Assembly (NCBI RefSeq): GCF_963921235.1
Contig: NC_086118.1
Location: 26,724,001 to 26,788,000, forward strand
DNA: 64,000 nucleotides
Source of the DNA: Mobula hypostoma
Taxonomy: Eukaryota
Direction: 5' to 3'
Shown here: positions 12,877 to 26,415 of the stretch, piece by piece
Layout: each line of letters opens with the position of its first letter
Position numbering within the stretch: the stretch's first letter is position 1
The notes under the pieces: generated by a model
Database searches by the model: none
What the model saw: only the letters and a program-made list of their open reading frames with translations
What the model was told of the DNA's origin: nothing
Made by a program: the position numbers and the translations under genes

Positions 12877-14329
12877 CTAATCAAATCTGGTTCTTTACAC
12901 AATACCCGATCCAGAACAGTCTTTCCATTAGTGGGCTCAAAAACAAGCTGCTCTTAAAAGACATCCAGTAGGCATTCTACAAATTCTCTTACTTGGGATT
13001 TAGCACCACCTGATTTTCCCAATCGACTTGCATATTAAAATCCCCCATGACTATCATAACATTGCCCTTTTGACATGCATTTTCTATCTCTTGCTGTAAT
13101 TTATGGCCCACATCCTGACTACTGTTCAGAGGTCTGTATATAACTCCCATCAGGGTCTTTTACCCTTGCAGTTTCTTAACTCTACCCTTAAGTATTCAAC
13201 GTTGTCCAATTATATGTCACTGCTTTCTAAGAATTTGATCTCACTTTTACCAACAGAGCCACCCACTCGCTCTGCCTCCCTGCATGTCCTTTTGATACAA
13301 TGAGTATCCTTGGACGTTAAGCTCCGAACTATGATCTTCTTTCAGCTATAACTCAGTGATGCCCACAATGCCATACCCGCCAATCTCTGACTGTGCTACA
13401 ATATCATCTACCTTATTCAGTCTACAGCGTGCATTCAAATATAACACCTTCAATTTTTTATTCATCACTCTTTGATTTTGTTCCCATGGTACACGGCAAC
13501 TGAGTCCACTGACCCCACTTTCGCCCTGTCATCTGCCTGTCCTTCCTGATAGACTCATTGCAGATTGCATCTCATTTTATACCAACTGCCCCATCCTCAG
13601 CCCTATCTCTCCGGTTCCCATCCCTCTGTCAATTTAGTTTAAACCCTCCACAACAGCTCAAGTAAACCTGCCCACAAGGATTTTGGTCTCCCTAGGGCTC
13701 AAGTGTGACTCGCCCCTTTCATACAGGTCATAGAAGCGAACCTAATAACCCAGACATCTGAAACTCCTGCACATTTGTCAGTCACGCATTCATCTGCCAA
13801 ATCATTTTATTCCTATCATCGCTGGTGATTACTACCCTGGAGATCATGCTTTTCAGCTTTCTACCTAACTCCTTAAGTTCTCTCTTCAGGACCTCCTCCC
13901 TTTTCCTACCTATGTCATTGTTGCCAATATGTACCAAAACCTCTGACTGCTCTCTCTTTCCCTCTTTAGACAGCCGTGGATATGATGTGAGACATTCCTG
14001 ACCCTGGCACCTGGGAGGCAACATACCGTCTGAGTGTCTCTTTCACATTCACAGAGTCTCATATCTATTCCTTTAACTCTAGAATCCCTTATCACTGCTG
14101 CAGTCCTCTCCTCCCCCATTCGCACCTGAGCCACAGCACCAGACTCAGTGCCAGAGCCCTGGTTGCTGCAGCCCCTCAGGTATGTTGTCTCCCCTCAATG
14201 GTATCCAAAGCGGTGGGCATTGTTATTGAAGGGAATGGCCACAGGGGTACTCTGCCTGTGGTGCTTGGTAGATGTGTGTTGCATTCCCATTTCATATGCA
14301 CCACTGTACCTAATAGAGTTGTCATTGAG

Positions 14330-14811
14330 TGTTTGTTCAAGGCTGCTGTAGCTCATCCACGTCAAGGTTCGATGTGTTATGTGTTCAGAGATGCTCTTCT
14401 GCACCCCACTGTTATAACATGTGATTATTTAAGATACTGTTATCTTCCTGTTGACGTGAACCACTCTGCTTGTTCTTCTCTGACCTCTCTGGTGAGACAG
14501 TGGCTCATTGGATGTTTCTTTTTTCCACACTATTCTCTGTAAACTCAGAGACTGTTGTGCATGAAAATCACAAGAGATCAGCAGTTTCTGAAATACTCAA
14601 ACCACCCTGTCTGGCTCAAACAACCATCCTATAGTCAAAGTCACTTAGATCACATTTCTTCCCCATTCTGATGTTTAGCCTGACTAACAACTGAACATCC
14701 TGATGACAACTGCATGCTTTTATGCATTGAGTTGCTGCTACATAATTGGCTGATTATGTATTTACATTAGCATGCAGTGTACAGGTGTTCCTAATAAAGT
14801 GGCCACTGAGT
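14330..14811 (-). mobile_element. Tc1/mariner-type non-autonomous element fragment
   Basis: Ends in TIR cctaataaagtggccactgagtg+TA; body is the reverse complement of 25470-26415. Confidence 0.75.
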
Positions 14812-15369
14812 GTAAGCAAAAAGTGTTTTAGTTCGAGACAAATGGACATTCTAAGTTCTTTTTATTACAGCAAATTTTTTGAAGATGGAAGCACTGAGTA
14901 TCAACAGCTTGCAGAGTAAACTGTGACCGTGCGGAATAACTTCGTCTTATAATGAATGCTAATTTAGTGCATTGGCCCTTTAAATAGGTTCCTTGTCAGC
15001 CTGCAGAATAGTTGGAAACCATTTCTTCTGTGAGTACCTGTCATGTAGCTGAGTTTGAATAATGACTAATTCTGAGCACTGTACCACTTTTAATGCCTTT
15101 TGGATGAGCTGGAATGCCAGAAAAGTAGCTCTAGAGAACAAGAGACTCTCAGACCAAAGTGAACATACACTGTAAATGACTGGTGTTCTTGCATCCAGAA
15201 AATGAGTATAAAATTGACTTAATTTGTCATATTTTCAATGCAACTTTTGATCTCGTACAGATAAATTTCTAGGTATAATTTTGTAAAAGGTCTGTAAATT
15301 GAAAATAGACACTGAAAAATTAAGGAGTGCCACAAATCAGCATGCTAGTTTACATGTTCAATATGCACT

Positions 15370-16625
15370 CCTCTTCTTCTTCTTAGCCCATCACCCCTCC
15401 TGGGGCATAGGATGCCAATATTATAACTTCCGGTTAAGATGGCACTACTGAACACGTGCAACAACTCTCTGATAGTTAAAAGCTAAGAAATTCGACTAAA
15501 ACCATCAATAAAAATACCTTTTTTGTAGATTGTGTTAAATTATCACTGCAAACAGTAAAGGGGCAAGCAATAGTGAAGCAAGTTGAGGGGATGAGCCAAG
15601 ATGGTGTGTTGAAGAATCATTGCAGATGGAGTTCTGATGCCCATACAACTGGCTCAGGTGTGAGGTTGAATCGCTCAGCATACTGAGAGGAGAAGTCAGG
15701 ACCCGTCAAGCAGAGGAGATTCGGTGCCCATACAACTGGCCCGATTGCGAAGTTGGGCGCTGAGCTGATTTGAAGAGCTTGAGAATGGCTTTGGGCTGGG
15801 TGACGAAATCTGGGCCTGGAGTGAGTCACTGGGCAGCGTGGTCTAGGCCCAGAGCCTTTCACTGCAGCTGGGCCTTAGTGCGAGGTACAATTCGCTGTTT
15901 AGACAACTTAAATGCCAGCCCAGATCAGAGGCGAGAGCCAATTTCGCTCACTCTCTGCGATGTTCACTCCTCTCTCCAGGCTGCCGGAGACTTTCGCTGT
16001 TCTGTTGTTCGGTCAATTTAAAAACTGGCCCAGATAAATTGAAAAGACAGTGTGTCGAGATCTGAGGTGAGAGCCAATTTTGCTCGTTCTCCGTAATGGT
16101 CACTCCTCTCTCCATGGTTCTGATGCTATGAAGACTGCCCCTGCTGCTGTGCTCTGTGCCAACTTTTCTGATGAACGGATAAGCGAGGCTTTGGGCCTGC
16201 TCTGGAGTTCGGATCTGAGAACTCAATTTGGTTCGGAATGTTGTTGCTTGCTTCAAATATTTGCATGATTTGTGTTTTCTCCCCCTTCCCTTGTGCATCT
16301 TTTATTTTGTATTCTTCTTTTTTGTTAATTGGGTTCTTTCAGGTTTCTTGCTTTGTGGCTAACTGTGAGCAAGCAAATCTCAAAGTTGTGTAATTTATTC
16401 ATTCTTTGATAATAAATATACTTGAATCTTGGAACAACAGCTCACCAAAGTCCCCTGTCCCGTGCCAGTCTTTCACGTTATCCCCAGATGTAGCCCATCT
16501 TCTGATGACCTTCATCTCCTAGGGCTGCAGTCTTTGGAGCTTCTGTTGGCATCTCTGTAGCTCTGAGTTTTTACTAGATGGGTTTGCTCAATCCTCCTCC
16601 TTTCACAGCCAGGCTTGAGACTAAC
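15370..16625. mobile_element. RTE-like short element (minus; TTC-repeat tail at left) split by a plus-strand non-coding retroposon (~15421-16431)
   Basis: Insert starts near cttccggttaagatggc and ends aataaatatacttgaatcttg; flanks resemble RTE termini. Confidence 0.55.
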
Positions 16626-17865
16626 CAATACACATTCTTACTTGGTGAAATTCCATGCCACAACCCTCATCTCCTAAAATTTACTCTACAATTTGTTGCA
16701 CATATCCACTGACAGTAGTGTTCAAAACAAATAAGGATGTACTTAATTAACATTACATGAAGGAATTCTGTTTGAATCTGCAATATTAGATGTTATTCTG
16801 AGCTTGGCCTCCACATCATAAAATCATTATACAACCAGAATTTTACTAAGATTAATATTTCTGAAGGGAACAATCATTGTCTGCTCAGTGCTAAATCAAA
16901 TTGCAAGAATTTGTTATGATAATGGGCTCACAACACCTGTGAATGTTGCCATTCTGATAATGGAACAGTTTACAGTCAGATTTTTGTTCTGTAACACAAA
17001 ATATATTTTAATAGTGAATCAAGAAAATGATGGCAATCATCCATCTTGAAGTATCCCAACAGCAAGAGCATAATTTGTATATTTCTTGCAATTTCTATTG
17101 AATCAAATGCTAGAGATCTCTATAAAATATTTATCTGAGTATAAACCAAACAAAGTAATATGCTTTTATAGTATTTCCTAACTACTTAAGGCAGGGTACA
17201 AGCTGCTTGAGGGAAAAAAAAATTAAACATTCCCATTGGAAATGTACCACAGCAGTAATTGACTTTATAACTGGAAACAAGCTTTCTTGTTAGAAATAAA
17301 ATTTAGGTGTATACTAGGTTGAGTTAATTTAGCCACCCATCAGATTGCATATCTGTTTACTAAGCAGGTTATTAAAATATTCCTAGATATTTTTACATTT
17401 ATACTGAATTCAGGCAAACCACATTTCTTGTTATTTTTGAGAAATAAAATATCCAGTCATTGAATTTTAACCTACAGTGATACACTGTTAAAATATTGTG
17501 GAAGTATTGGCACTCTGATTAAAATAAATCACATCTCATGGTAATGTGTGTAGTGAAACAACCTTATTTATGACAGGGATATGCCTCTAGCAAAGAAATA
17601 GCTTAGCTGAGTCTTAGCACTTGATAAGCAAAATGAATATATCATAATATTTTAATATATTTTTTCATACTTTTCATTGCTTAGTGTGCTTGTTTTCACT
17701 TTGTAGCATTACATTTGAAAAATAATGTCTAGAAAATGAATTTTAGGTATTCTTAATGCATATTCAAAGTTAATACTTAACTACAAAGGTAAAACATCAC
17801 AATCTACCATTCCAAAGTTGTTAAATAAATGAAATGAACTGTTCACTTTAACGGCATTATCTTCT

Positions 17866-18732
17866 GTTCAAGATGGTGCTGAGCTGCGATGTCCATCGAG
17901 GTTGTGGCTTTTTTAGGTTCATAGAGGAGTTAGAGGTCAGGGGCACAATCAGCCAAGATTGAATGGTGGACCAGACTCAGTGGGCCAAATGACCTAATTT
18001 GATCCAGTCTTATAGTTTTATAGTGGTTGGAATCCAAGTTGGAGCACTCACAGTCAAAGGCCAGCAATCACTGGGGTTGGGGGGGGGGGTCAGGATTTCA
18101 GTCGCTGAAGAGGAAGACCAGCAATGCCCCTGGTCAAAGACCCTGTGAGTGAGGGCTAGTGATTACCCCAGGTCGGAGAGTCCTGGGATCAGAGGTTCAT
18201 GTAGCTAGGAAACATGAGGGTCAGTGGCCCAGCCCAGTCAGCAAATCCTGGGGTTGGAGGTTCTTGCGAGTCTGGAGGGCAAGGCCTGGAGTTCAAAATT
18301 CTATGACTGGTATGTACTAGAGCCAATACCAGAGGTTGAAGCCCAAAAGTAGAAGACTGAAGTCACCGTGTCTGAAAGTCAGAGGCCCAACACCTACAGG
18401 GTGTGGAGGTTGGAGGCCCAGTGTCTGTGGTCTAAGAGTCTGGGGCCAAGGACTGGTGGTCAGAGGCCTGGAAGTGGCCTGTGTGTGTGTGTGTGTGTGT
18501 GTGAATGGGTGTGTGTGAGGGTGGGAAAGGGGCTTGTTGTTGTTGCTGCTGATGATTTGTGTCGTTCTGCTCTACGTTGTGGGCAAGCTAATCGAGTGCC
18601 AGAATGTGTAGCCACACTTGTTGGCTGACCCCACACATCCTCAAGTTGAGTTGGTTATTAACATAAACAACACACTTCATTCTATGTTTCAATGTATAGT
18701 ACTTTGTGATAAATAAATTAATTTGAATCTGA
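17866..18732 (+). mobile_element. Non-coding retroposon (AAGATGG head, aataaa-ttgaatctga tail)
   Basis: Same head/tail layout as 15421-16431; internal degenerate G-rich short repeats. Confidence 0.5.
18480..18517. repeat. (TG)n microsatellite
   Basis: Direct observation. Confidence 0.9.
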
Positions 18733-19108
18733 GGTGTGGAACATTCAATGGACAAACGAAACCTGCATCAGGGTAAATGATACTGTGCTCTGTCCAATTT
18801 CATAATAGAAATAACGCTAAAAGATAATTTTTGTTGTTTTTATAGGTGATTTGGAAACAGTTCTGATTTCTTGGCAGAGGAATCTATCGCGTGTTCGTGC
18901 AATAGCACTCATATTTCAAAGATTTGTAATAATTCACAGATATCTCAAAATTAGAAATGGACATTATGCCTCAAATAACAAATCTCAAAAAAGAATTTCC
19001 TAAAATGTACTAAGGACATTATGGCCATGCAAACAATACTTCATGGATCTGCACATAAAAGCTACATTTGACAGGTCAAATTCACATATTGAATCAGTCA
19101 ATAATATA

Positions 19109-19453
19109 CGAGGAATGATTGATAAGTTTGTGGCCTAAGGTAGAAGGAGTCAATTTTAGAAAACCTAGCACATTTATTTTTCAACATAGTCCCCTCCTAC
19201 ATTTACACACTTAGTCCAGCGTTTGTGGAGTATACGGATCCTTTCTTTGTAGAAGTCGACGTCTTGGACCTCCAGAAAGTGGTCCACAGCAGGGGTGATT
19301 GATAAGTTCGTGGCCTAATGTAGACGGAGATGCGTTATTAACTTCAAACTTTCTGCATAATCACTCAAAGAGTTGACCTGCACGTGCATGTAATGACAGC
19401 CGTATAACTCATCTCCTTCTCTCTTAGGTCATGAACTTATCAATCACCCCCTG
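19109..19453. mobile_element. Mariner-type MITE
   Basis: TA flanks; TIR tgattgataagtt(t/c)gtggcctaa versus ttaggtcatgaacttatcaatca; extra internal TIR copy at 19290. Confidence 0.85.
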
Positions 19454-20519
19454 TACAATTGAGAGAGCATTTTAATTATTCCTATATTAGTAAGTATAAA
19501 AACATATATGGATCAAGGAAACACAAGGGTATTAAAAACATTGACATACCTTGCAAATGAAAATAATAAAAAGTAAAGAAGGTTAAAACATCCTGAGTTT
19601 ATAATTTGCAATTCTGTCTACAGTCTTGGATAGAGTATCTTTTTGAGTTCTCATTATATTACGTTATACGATTAAGCAGCTGGAGATTAATGAAATAGAC
19701 ATAAGTAATCTTGGCCAGCCCCTCATGAGTTTATGTTGAGAAAATAACATTCATATTTCACAGAGGCAGAGTAAATGAAGACTTAAGAACATCAGAAATA
19801 AAAGCAGAACTAGGCTATTCACTCCCTTGTTTCTGCTCCATCACTAATCAAGATCAGGGATGATAATTTCCTTCAGTGCCTCTTTCCTGTACTAATCTGA
19901 AATACTTTGATTCCCTTAATATCCAAAAAAAATATTACTTGCTGTTCCGAATATAAAAAATGACTGAGCCTCCTCAACCAATTTGGGTAGAGAATTGCAG
20001 ATTTATTAACCTCTGGGAGAGAAATTTCTTCCCTTCTCAGTACTGATAAGCTGACTCATTATTTTGAGGTTATTTAGTAATTGGTGCCATTTCCTGGTTT
20101 AAAAGCCTTGAGTTTCTTAATATGTATACTTACTAAACATACACCAACATTAACTATAGCTGTTATTGCTAATATGACAGTTATGCTAAAGCTGAGGTCA
20201 TATGCAAGTTGCATTTCCTGCTGCTGATGGTTTGTAGGCCTGGTTAATTTTTTTTTCCCATTTTCTTATTTTGGCATTTTTGGGTGCTCGGCAGCTCATC
20301 CATCCTGAAGTAAACTTGAATAGGCCGATCAATTATTGTAATTTAATGAACCAAATCACTTTAGCCAGTGGTAATTGAGATTTCCAGGTCACAGATCAAT
20401 ACAAGCCATTAAAAAAAGTTATTTGCTATTTTGTTCCAGTATTTGCTCTATTTCACCCTGAGACTATGGGAAAGCAATAATTGCATAAAGATAAATTTTC
20501 TTGGTGTTGAAACATCATA

Positions 20520-21126
20520 AATTCATTTTATAACAAGTTTAATTACATACAATACAGAGGAAACATTTTCCACATTTTCCAATTATTTATATATAAAATG
20601 ATGTTTTTAAAAGTTATTATTTAAAAATAGCAAATATAATTATGTCAAATTTTATTTTATTTCTTCCATAAATTGCATGGTAATAAAAATGAGAGATCAT
20701 TCAAAATCATAGCTACATCAAGATACCAGCTGTTGAATATCCTACTGAAAAGCTAATACACAGCAACAAGAAATCTAGTTCATAACATATAATCACAAGT
20801 TATTAAAGAAAAGATTAATTACTTTCCAAGTTGTATCTCAATATACATTTTAACAATTTAACTTTCATGTCATTTACTTAGCATCTTTTGGGTAGGAGAT
20901 TACTCCAATTACTCCAACATTACAACTTCAGCATTAAATGACCAAGGTATAGAATTATAATTAATTTCTAAAGGAAGATGATGTTCTGCAAGAACAGTTA
21001 ATAGAAGTTATTTCCCTGAAATACAGAGTACAATTTTCTTGAAAAGTTATCACTGTCTGTTTGATATTTGAAAATGAGCTAACATTTTGAAATAATATTG
21101 ACACTTGTCATAAAGTGTGCTGTGCA
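20520..21126 (-). other. CFAP52: Probable CFAP52 3' UTR with candidate polyA signals
   Basis: AT-rich, repeat-free stretch after the stop; minus-strand AATAAA at 20651-20661 and ATTAAA near 20538-20543; true end unknown. Confidence 0.45.
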
Positions 21127-21302
21127 CTAGTCTGTATAAGGATATCTCCATCGCAGAATGGCTCCATCTGAACTAACACTTACTATGTGTTTCGAATTGG
21201 GAGAGATCTTAATACGTTGAATGTTACCGCTGTGGCCTATTCCAATATGTGTAACTTCACCTTCATTGTATCCCCACAATTTAATCAATTTATCTTCACC
21301 TC
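21127..21302 (-). CDS. CFAP52: CFAP52 last coding exon
   Basis: ATCAG acceptor; (G)GEDKLIKLWGYNEGEVTHIGIGHSGNIQRIKISPNSKHIVSVSSDGAILRWRYPYTD-TAG, matching the CFAP52 C-terminus. Confidence 0.96.
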
Positions 21303-21893
21303 CTGATTTAAACAGATTGAGATTCAACAATATAATGAGTGTTATAAAATTGCATAAAACTATAAATATATTGTAACAATTTTAAAGCACGCTGAATATT
21401 AGCAAATTTAGGTTTTAAAAAAAAACACACAAGACTTTTAATAATAGAACTGTTAATTTATCCCACGACAATAATATTTTCACATTATAAGCCCTTGTAG
21501 TCATTTTAAGGGGATATTTCTTCAGTGGATGATTATTAATTCAATATGTAAATGAGAAACGAAATAAAGGAAAAGTAGCAACGTAGCTCCAAATTTTTAT
21601 GTCATGCAGTAACAAGCAGTGAGCAGGAGTGTAGAATTCCTAGACATTTTTGAGTTTCATCTAGGCGATTAGAGAGTTACATAGAAAAGGTTACCAGCCT
21701 TCAAATAAGAACATAGCTGGAAATGCGGAGTGAGATAACCATGCTGACCATCAAAGCAAATAGAAGTAGGCTTGCCTGTGTTATCTAATAGTTTATATTT
21801 CTCTTTAGGGACTGAGGTTCTAGACTGTGAGGTTGAAAGAATATTGAGTAAAAGGATATTTGAAAGAAACATCTATATAAGCACATCATAGGT

Positions 21894-24165
21894 TACTTTA
21901 TTGTCGCCAAACAATTGATACTAGAGTGTACAATCATCACAGCGATATTTGATTCTGCGCTTCGCACTCCCTGGAGTACAAATCCATAGAAATATTAAAA
22001 ATTTAAATTATAAATCATAAATACAAAATAGAAAAGGGAAAGTAAGGTAGTGCAAAAAAACCGAGAGGCAGGTCCGGATATTTGGAGGGTAGGGCCCAGA
22101 TCCAGGTCAGGATCCGTTCACAGTTGGAAAGAAGCTGTTCCCAAATCTGGCCATATGAGTCTTCAAGCTCCTGAGCCTTCTTCCGGAGGGAAGAGGGACG
22201 AAAAGTGTGTTGGCTGGGTGGGTCGTGTCCTTGATTATCCTGGCAGCACTGCTCCAACAGTGTGCGGTGTAAAGTGAGTCCAAGGACGGAAGATTGGTTT
22301 GTGTGATGTGCTGGGCTGTGCTCATGATCTTCTGCAGCTTCTTCCAGTCTTGGTCAGGACAACTTCCATACCAGGTTATGATGCACCCTAGAAGAATGCT
22401 TTCTACGGTGCATCTATAAAAATTAGGGAGGGTTTTAGGGGACAGGCCAAATTTCTTTAGTTTTCTCAGGAAGTAAAGGTGCTGGTGGGCCTTCTTGGCA
22501 GTGGACTCTGCTTGGTTGGACCAAGTCAGGTCATTTGTGATATTGACCCCGAGGAACTTAAAGCTTTTGACCTGTTCCACTTGCGCACCACCAATGTAAT
22601 TTGGGTTTTGCGGTCCGCTACTCCTTCTGAAGTCAACAACCAATTCCTTCGTCTTGCTGATGTTGAGGGATAGGTTATTGTCTTCGCACCATGCCACCAG
22701 GTTCTTAATTTCCTCTCTGTACTCAAACTCATCATTACCCGAGATACGGCCTACAATTGTGGTGTCATCAGCAAACATATATTGAGTTTGATGGAAACTT
22801 GGCTACACAATCATGGGTGTACAGTGAGTATAGCAAGGGGCTGAGTACAGAGCCTTGTGGGGCACCGGTGCTCAGAATGATTGTAGAGGAGAGCTTGTCC
22901 CCTATTTTTACAGCCTGGGTCCTGTCTGTAAGGAAGTTGAAGATCCAGCTGCAGATCTGAGTGCTAAGGCCCAGGTTCCGGAGCTTAGGAATCAGTTTAT
23001 TTGTAATGATGGTATTAAAGGCAGAGCTGTGGTCAATGAAAAGGAGCCTTACATATGCGTCTTTATTCTCCAGGTGTTCTAAGGAGGAATGTAGGGTCAG
23101 AGAGATGGCATCTGCCATTGACCTGTTGCTCTGGTAGGTGAATTGCAAAGCGTCAAGGTCAAACGGTGGGCTGTGGTTGATGTGTGCCATAACCAATCTC
23201 TCGAAGCACTTCATAGCAATTGATGTTAAAGCCACAGGTGGATAGTCATTCAGGCATGCCACCTTGCTCTTCTTCGGCACTGGGATTATCGTTGCCTTCT
23301 TAAATCTTATACTGAAGCAAGGAGCAGTTGAAGATGTCAGCAAACACTCCAGCTAGCTCGCTTGCACAGGCCCGGAGAACATCTGGGCCCATCGCCTTCC
23401 TTGGATTTATCTTCAGGAAGGTCCTTCTAATGTCCTCCTCGGTGACGATGAATCTCGATGCCACCAGGTCCGGTTCATCCGGAGGGAGCGGGACGCTCCT
23501 CTTCTGTTCGAATCTTGCGTAGAATACGTTAAGTTCATCAGGAAGAGAAGCGCCACAGTTATTGATATTCCCAGCCTTTTCTTTGCGCCCAGTGACCTCA
23601 TTTAGACCCTGCCATAGTCTACTGGCATCCCTCTGGTTAGGCTGGGCTTCCAACTTGGCTCAATATTGCCTCTTGGCGCCCTTAATGGCTTTCTGGAGTT
23701 CACGCCTGGATTCTGTGTAGCAACTGGTATCCCCAGACCTAAAAGCTGCAGCTCTAGCCTTCAAAAGGGACTTGACCTCATAATTCATCCAAGGTTTCCG
23801 GTTAGACAATGCCTGGATCGTCTTGCGAGACACGCAGTCCTCCATGCATTTCCAGATAAAGTCCGTGACAACTGAGGCATACTCATCGAGGTTAGCTGCC
23901 GAGTCCTTGAATACTAACCAGTCCACCGATTCAAAGCAGTCACGGAGGACTTCATCCGTTTCCTCCATCCAACACGACACCACTTTTGACACCGGGACCT
24001 CCCACTTTAGTTTCTGTTTGTAAGCCAGGAGGAGGAGTACGGCCTGATGGTCCGATCTTCCGAAGTGAGGTCGTGGGACGGAACGGTAGGCATCCTTGGC
24101 TGCTGTGTAGCAGTGGTCAAGTATATTTGGGCCTCTAGTGGGGCAGGAGACATGTTGGTATAACA
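21894..24165 (-). mobile_element. Young Rex1/Babar LINE, 5'-truncated (copy 1)
   Basis: ORFs 23660-24166 (EN end, SDH), 23300-23653, 22768-23343 and 22107-22778 ([23 protein letters not shown]). Confidence 0.93.
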
Positions 24166-24199
24166 TGTTGGTATCAATTCATTTTACAATGCATTATTA

Positions 24200-25275
24200 C
24201 TTGAACAAAATGCCAATTGCTCTAAAGTTACAGATACCCGCTGGATTGGATTGTTATAGAATGAAGTCTGATGAGCAAAATATTACAAACATTGTAATAT
24301 TTGCTGCTAATGAATTTAGAACATTACCACACAATGAAATAAAAATGGCGGATGACCCCATTCAGATGATTCAAGCCAGACTGGATGCATTATCAATGGC
24401 TGGCTTAAAGCGAAGAACAGTAAATGGCAGGTTCTGGCTCTCAGCTCAATGCAAACTGTCTGTAGGATGTAAAGAGGCTTCAAAGCAATCCAAACAGATT
24501 GAATGATTAGGCAAGTTATGGTAAATACCATAAACATGTATTAGTATGAGGTTGTTCACTTTGCAAGGGAAAATAGAAAGTTGGTGTGATATTAAAATAG
24601 CCTTACAGTAGGTTGTGCTGATATCCAAAGAAATTTTTGGTGTTCTTGTACACTATTCACAAAACAAAACATGCAAATGCAGCAAATAGTTAAAAAGGAA
24701 AATGGTATGTTGGTTTGAGTATGGAGCAAGGATCACCTGCTACAATCATGTAGTATCTTTATTTTTTTTTTACCACACCTGGGCAATTTTGGTCTCCTTC
24801 TCTAAGAAAGAATATACTTTCCATAAATAATGTGTAATAAAGGTTCACTCTGAGATGGTGGGACTACCATATGAAGAGAGATTAGATCAACTTTCTGTAT
24901 TTTTTGTGTTTAGAAGTACAAGAGAGGATCTAATTGAAGAGTACAAAGTTCTGCCAGGCCCAGGTAGACTGGACGTGAAGAGGATGTCTTCCATTTTCTG
25001 TTGTCTCAAATAAGGACTCAGAGTCACAGGTTACAGGATGAGTGACTGAGGAATCCGTGGTGAATTCGATGAATTCTGTAAGAGGTCTGGAGAGATCAAA
25101 TCACCAAATATATCTAAGAGATTAGATCAATTTCTGGATGTTAAAGACAGAAAAGGGTACGAGGAGATATTAGGAATTTGGTATTGAGACAGATGATCAG
25201 CCATGATCACATTGAACAATTGAGCAGATCTGAAGGACCACATAGTCTACTCCTGTTGCTATCTTCTATGTTGCT
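24200..25275 (+). mobile_element. Old CR1-type LINE 3' fragment
   Basis: Degenerate CR1 3' end (gatcagccatgatc...tactcctgttgctatcttctatg). Confidence 0.6.
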
Positions 25276-25469
25276 ACGAAAACCTCTAGATTGAATGCTG
25301 GGTCCAGAGGAAGAACATTGGAGACACTTGAACATCCAGCATGCTCCTGACTTTCACCAATGTAAATCAACAAGATATTTCTACAATTACTGAATTAGAG
25401 CAATGAAAATTTGAGCCCCTAGAACTGACATTAGTCCAATGTGTTAAAACTTATTAGCTACCCTTGTAC

Positions 25470-26415
25470 ACCCGCACATTAATGTAAGTATCTAATCAGC
25501 AAATTATGTGGCAGCAACTCAATGTATAAAATCATGCAGACATGGTCAAGAGGTTCAGTTCGTCATGGCTATCCCTCGAGGTAGAGGATGATGGTCTTCA
25601 TTCCGTACAGAGCAAAGACGCCTGTGCGTATATTTGTTTAATGTGTACTTGATGTTGCACTCCAAGAAGCACACGATACTTCACAATTCAATCAACTGAT
25701 TCCAATGGCATGGAAACCACAATGATTGGAGCTGATGGATTTGTTCATCCGCCTTCACAGCCGTTGAGTTTGAAGTAATTTCGTCCGCCTGTTCCACCGT
25801 TGAGGTCTTGTTGGATTGTTCTTTGTCAGGGACCTCACCCTCGACCTTACCACCATGGGTGACCCTACCAGGAGCATAGCTCCAGACAATATTGCTCTCG
25901 GGATCTCAGGACCACACAGGTTTCTCCACCGCGATGAGGTGACAATCCATGGAGAAGAGAGGTTCAGTTATTATTCAGATGAAACATCAGAATGGGGAAG
26001 AAATGTGTTCTAAGTGGCTTTGACCGTGGAATGATATTTGGTGGCAGATGGGTTGGGTTGAGTATCTCAGAGACTGATCTCCTGGGATTTTCATACACAG
26101 CAATCTCTTGAACTTACAGAAGATAGTAAGAAAAAGTTATAAAAAACATCCAGTAAGTGACAGTTCTGTGGGCGAAAAAGCCTTGTTGATGTGAGAGGAG
26201 GTTAGAAGGGAAAGGCCAGACTGGTTCTTGTTGACAGGAAAGCAACAGTAACTCAAATAGCCACATGTTACAACGTGTGTAGAAGTGCATTTCTGAATGC
26301 ACAGCACATTAAACCTTAAGTGAATGGGCTATAGCAGCAGCAGCAGAATATGAACATACACTCAGTGGCCACTTTATTAGGAACAGGAGATACCCAATAA
26401 CGTGGCCACTGATTG
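25470..26415 (+). mobile_element. Tc1/mariner-type non-autonomous element, interrupted by RTE-derived insert
   Basis: Homologous to 14330-14811; ends in paired TIRs plus TA. Confidence 0.75.
25561..25957 (-). mobile_element. Short non-autonomous RTE-type element
   Basis: 12-bp TSD AGAGGTTCAGTT at 25549-25560 and 25958-25969; RTE/Expander-like 5' UTR (gggtgaccctaccaggagc on plus). Confidence 0.75.

Larger units (their letters stand above)
8745..14270 (-). mobile_element. Near full-length degenerate CR1-type LINE (copy B) with esterase-type ORF1 remnant
   Basis: RT motifs NYRPISLTS, FQKAFDKVP, KFADD; ORF1 SGNH-like VCCLPGARV and VLVHIGNNDIG at 13782-14134; three internal insertions. Confidence 0.9.

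Noticed and set aside
300..20500. Exons of USP43, the neighbour of CFAP52 in mammals
   Set aside because: No recognisable USP-domain exon or CpG island seen in this stretch
22107..24166. Long RT ORFs as a host gene or active LINE
   Set aside because: Frameshifted, 5'-truncated Rex1/Babar fragments
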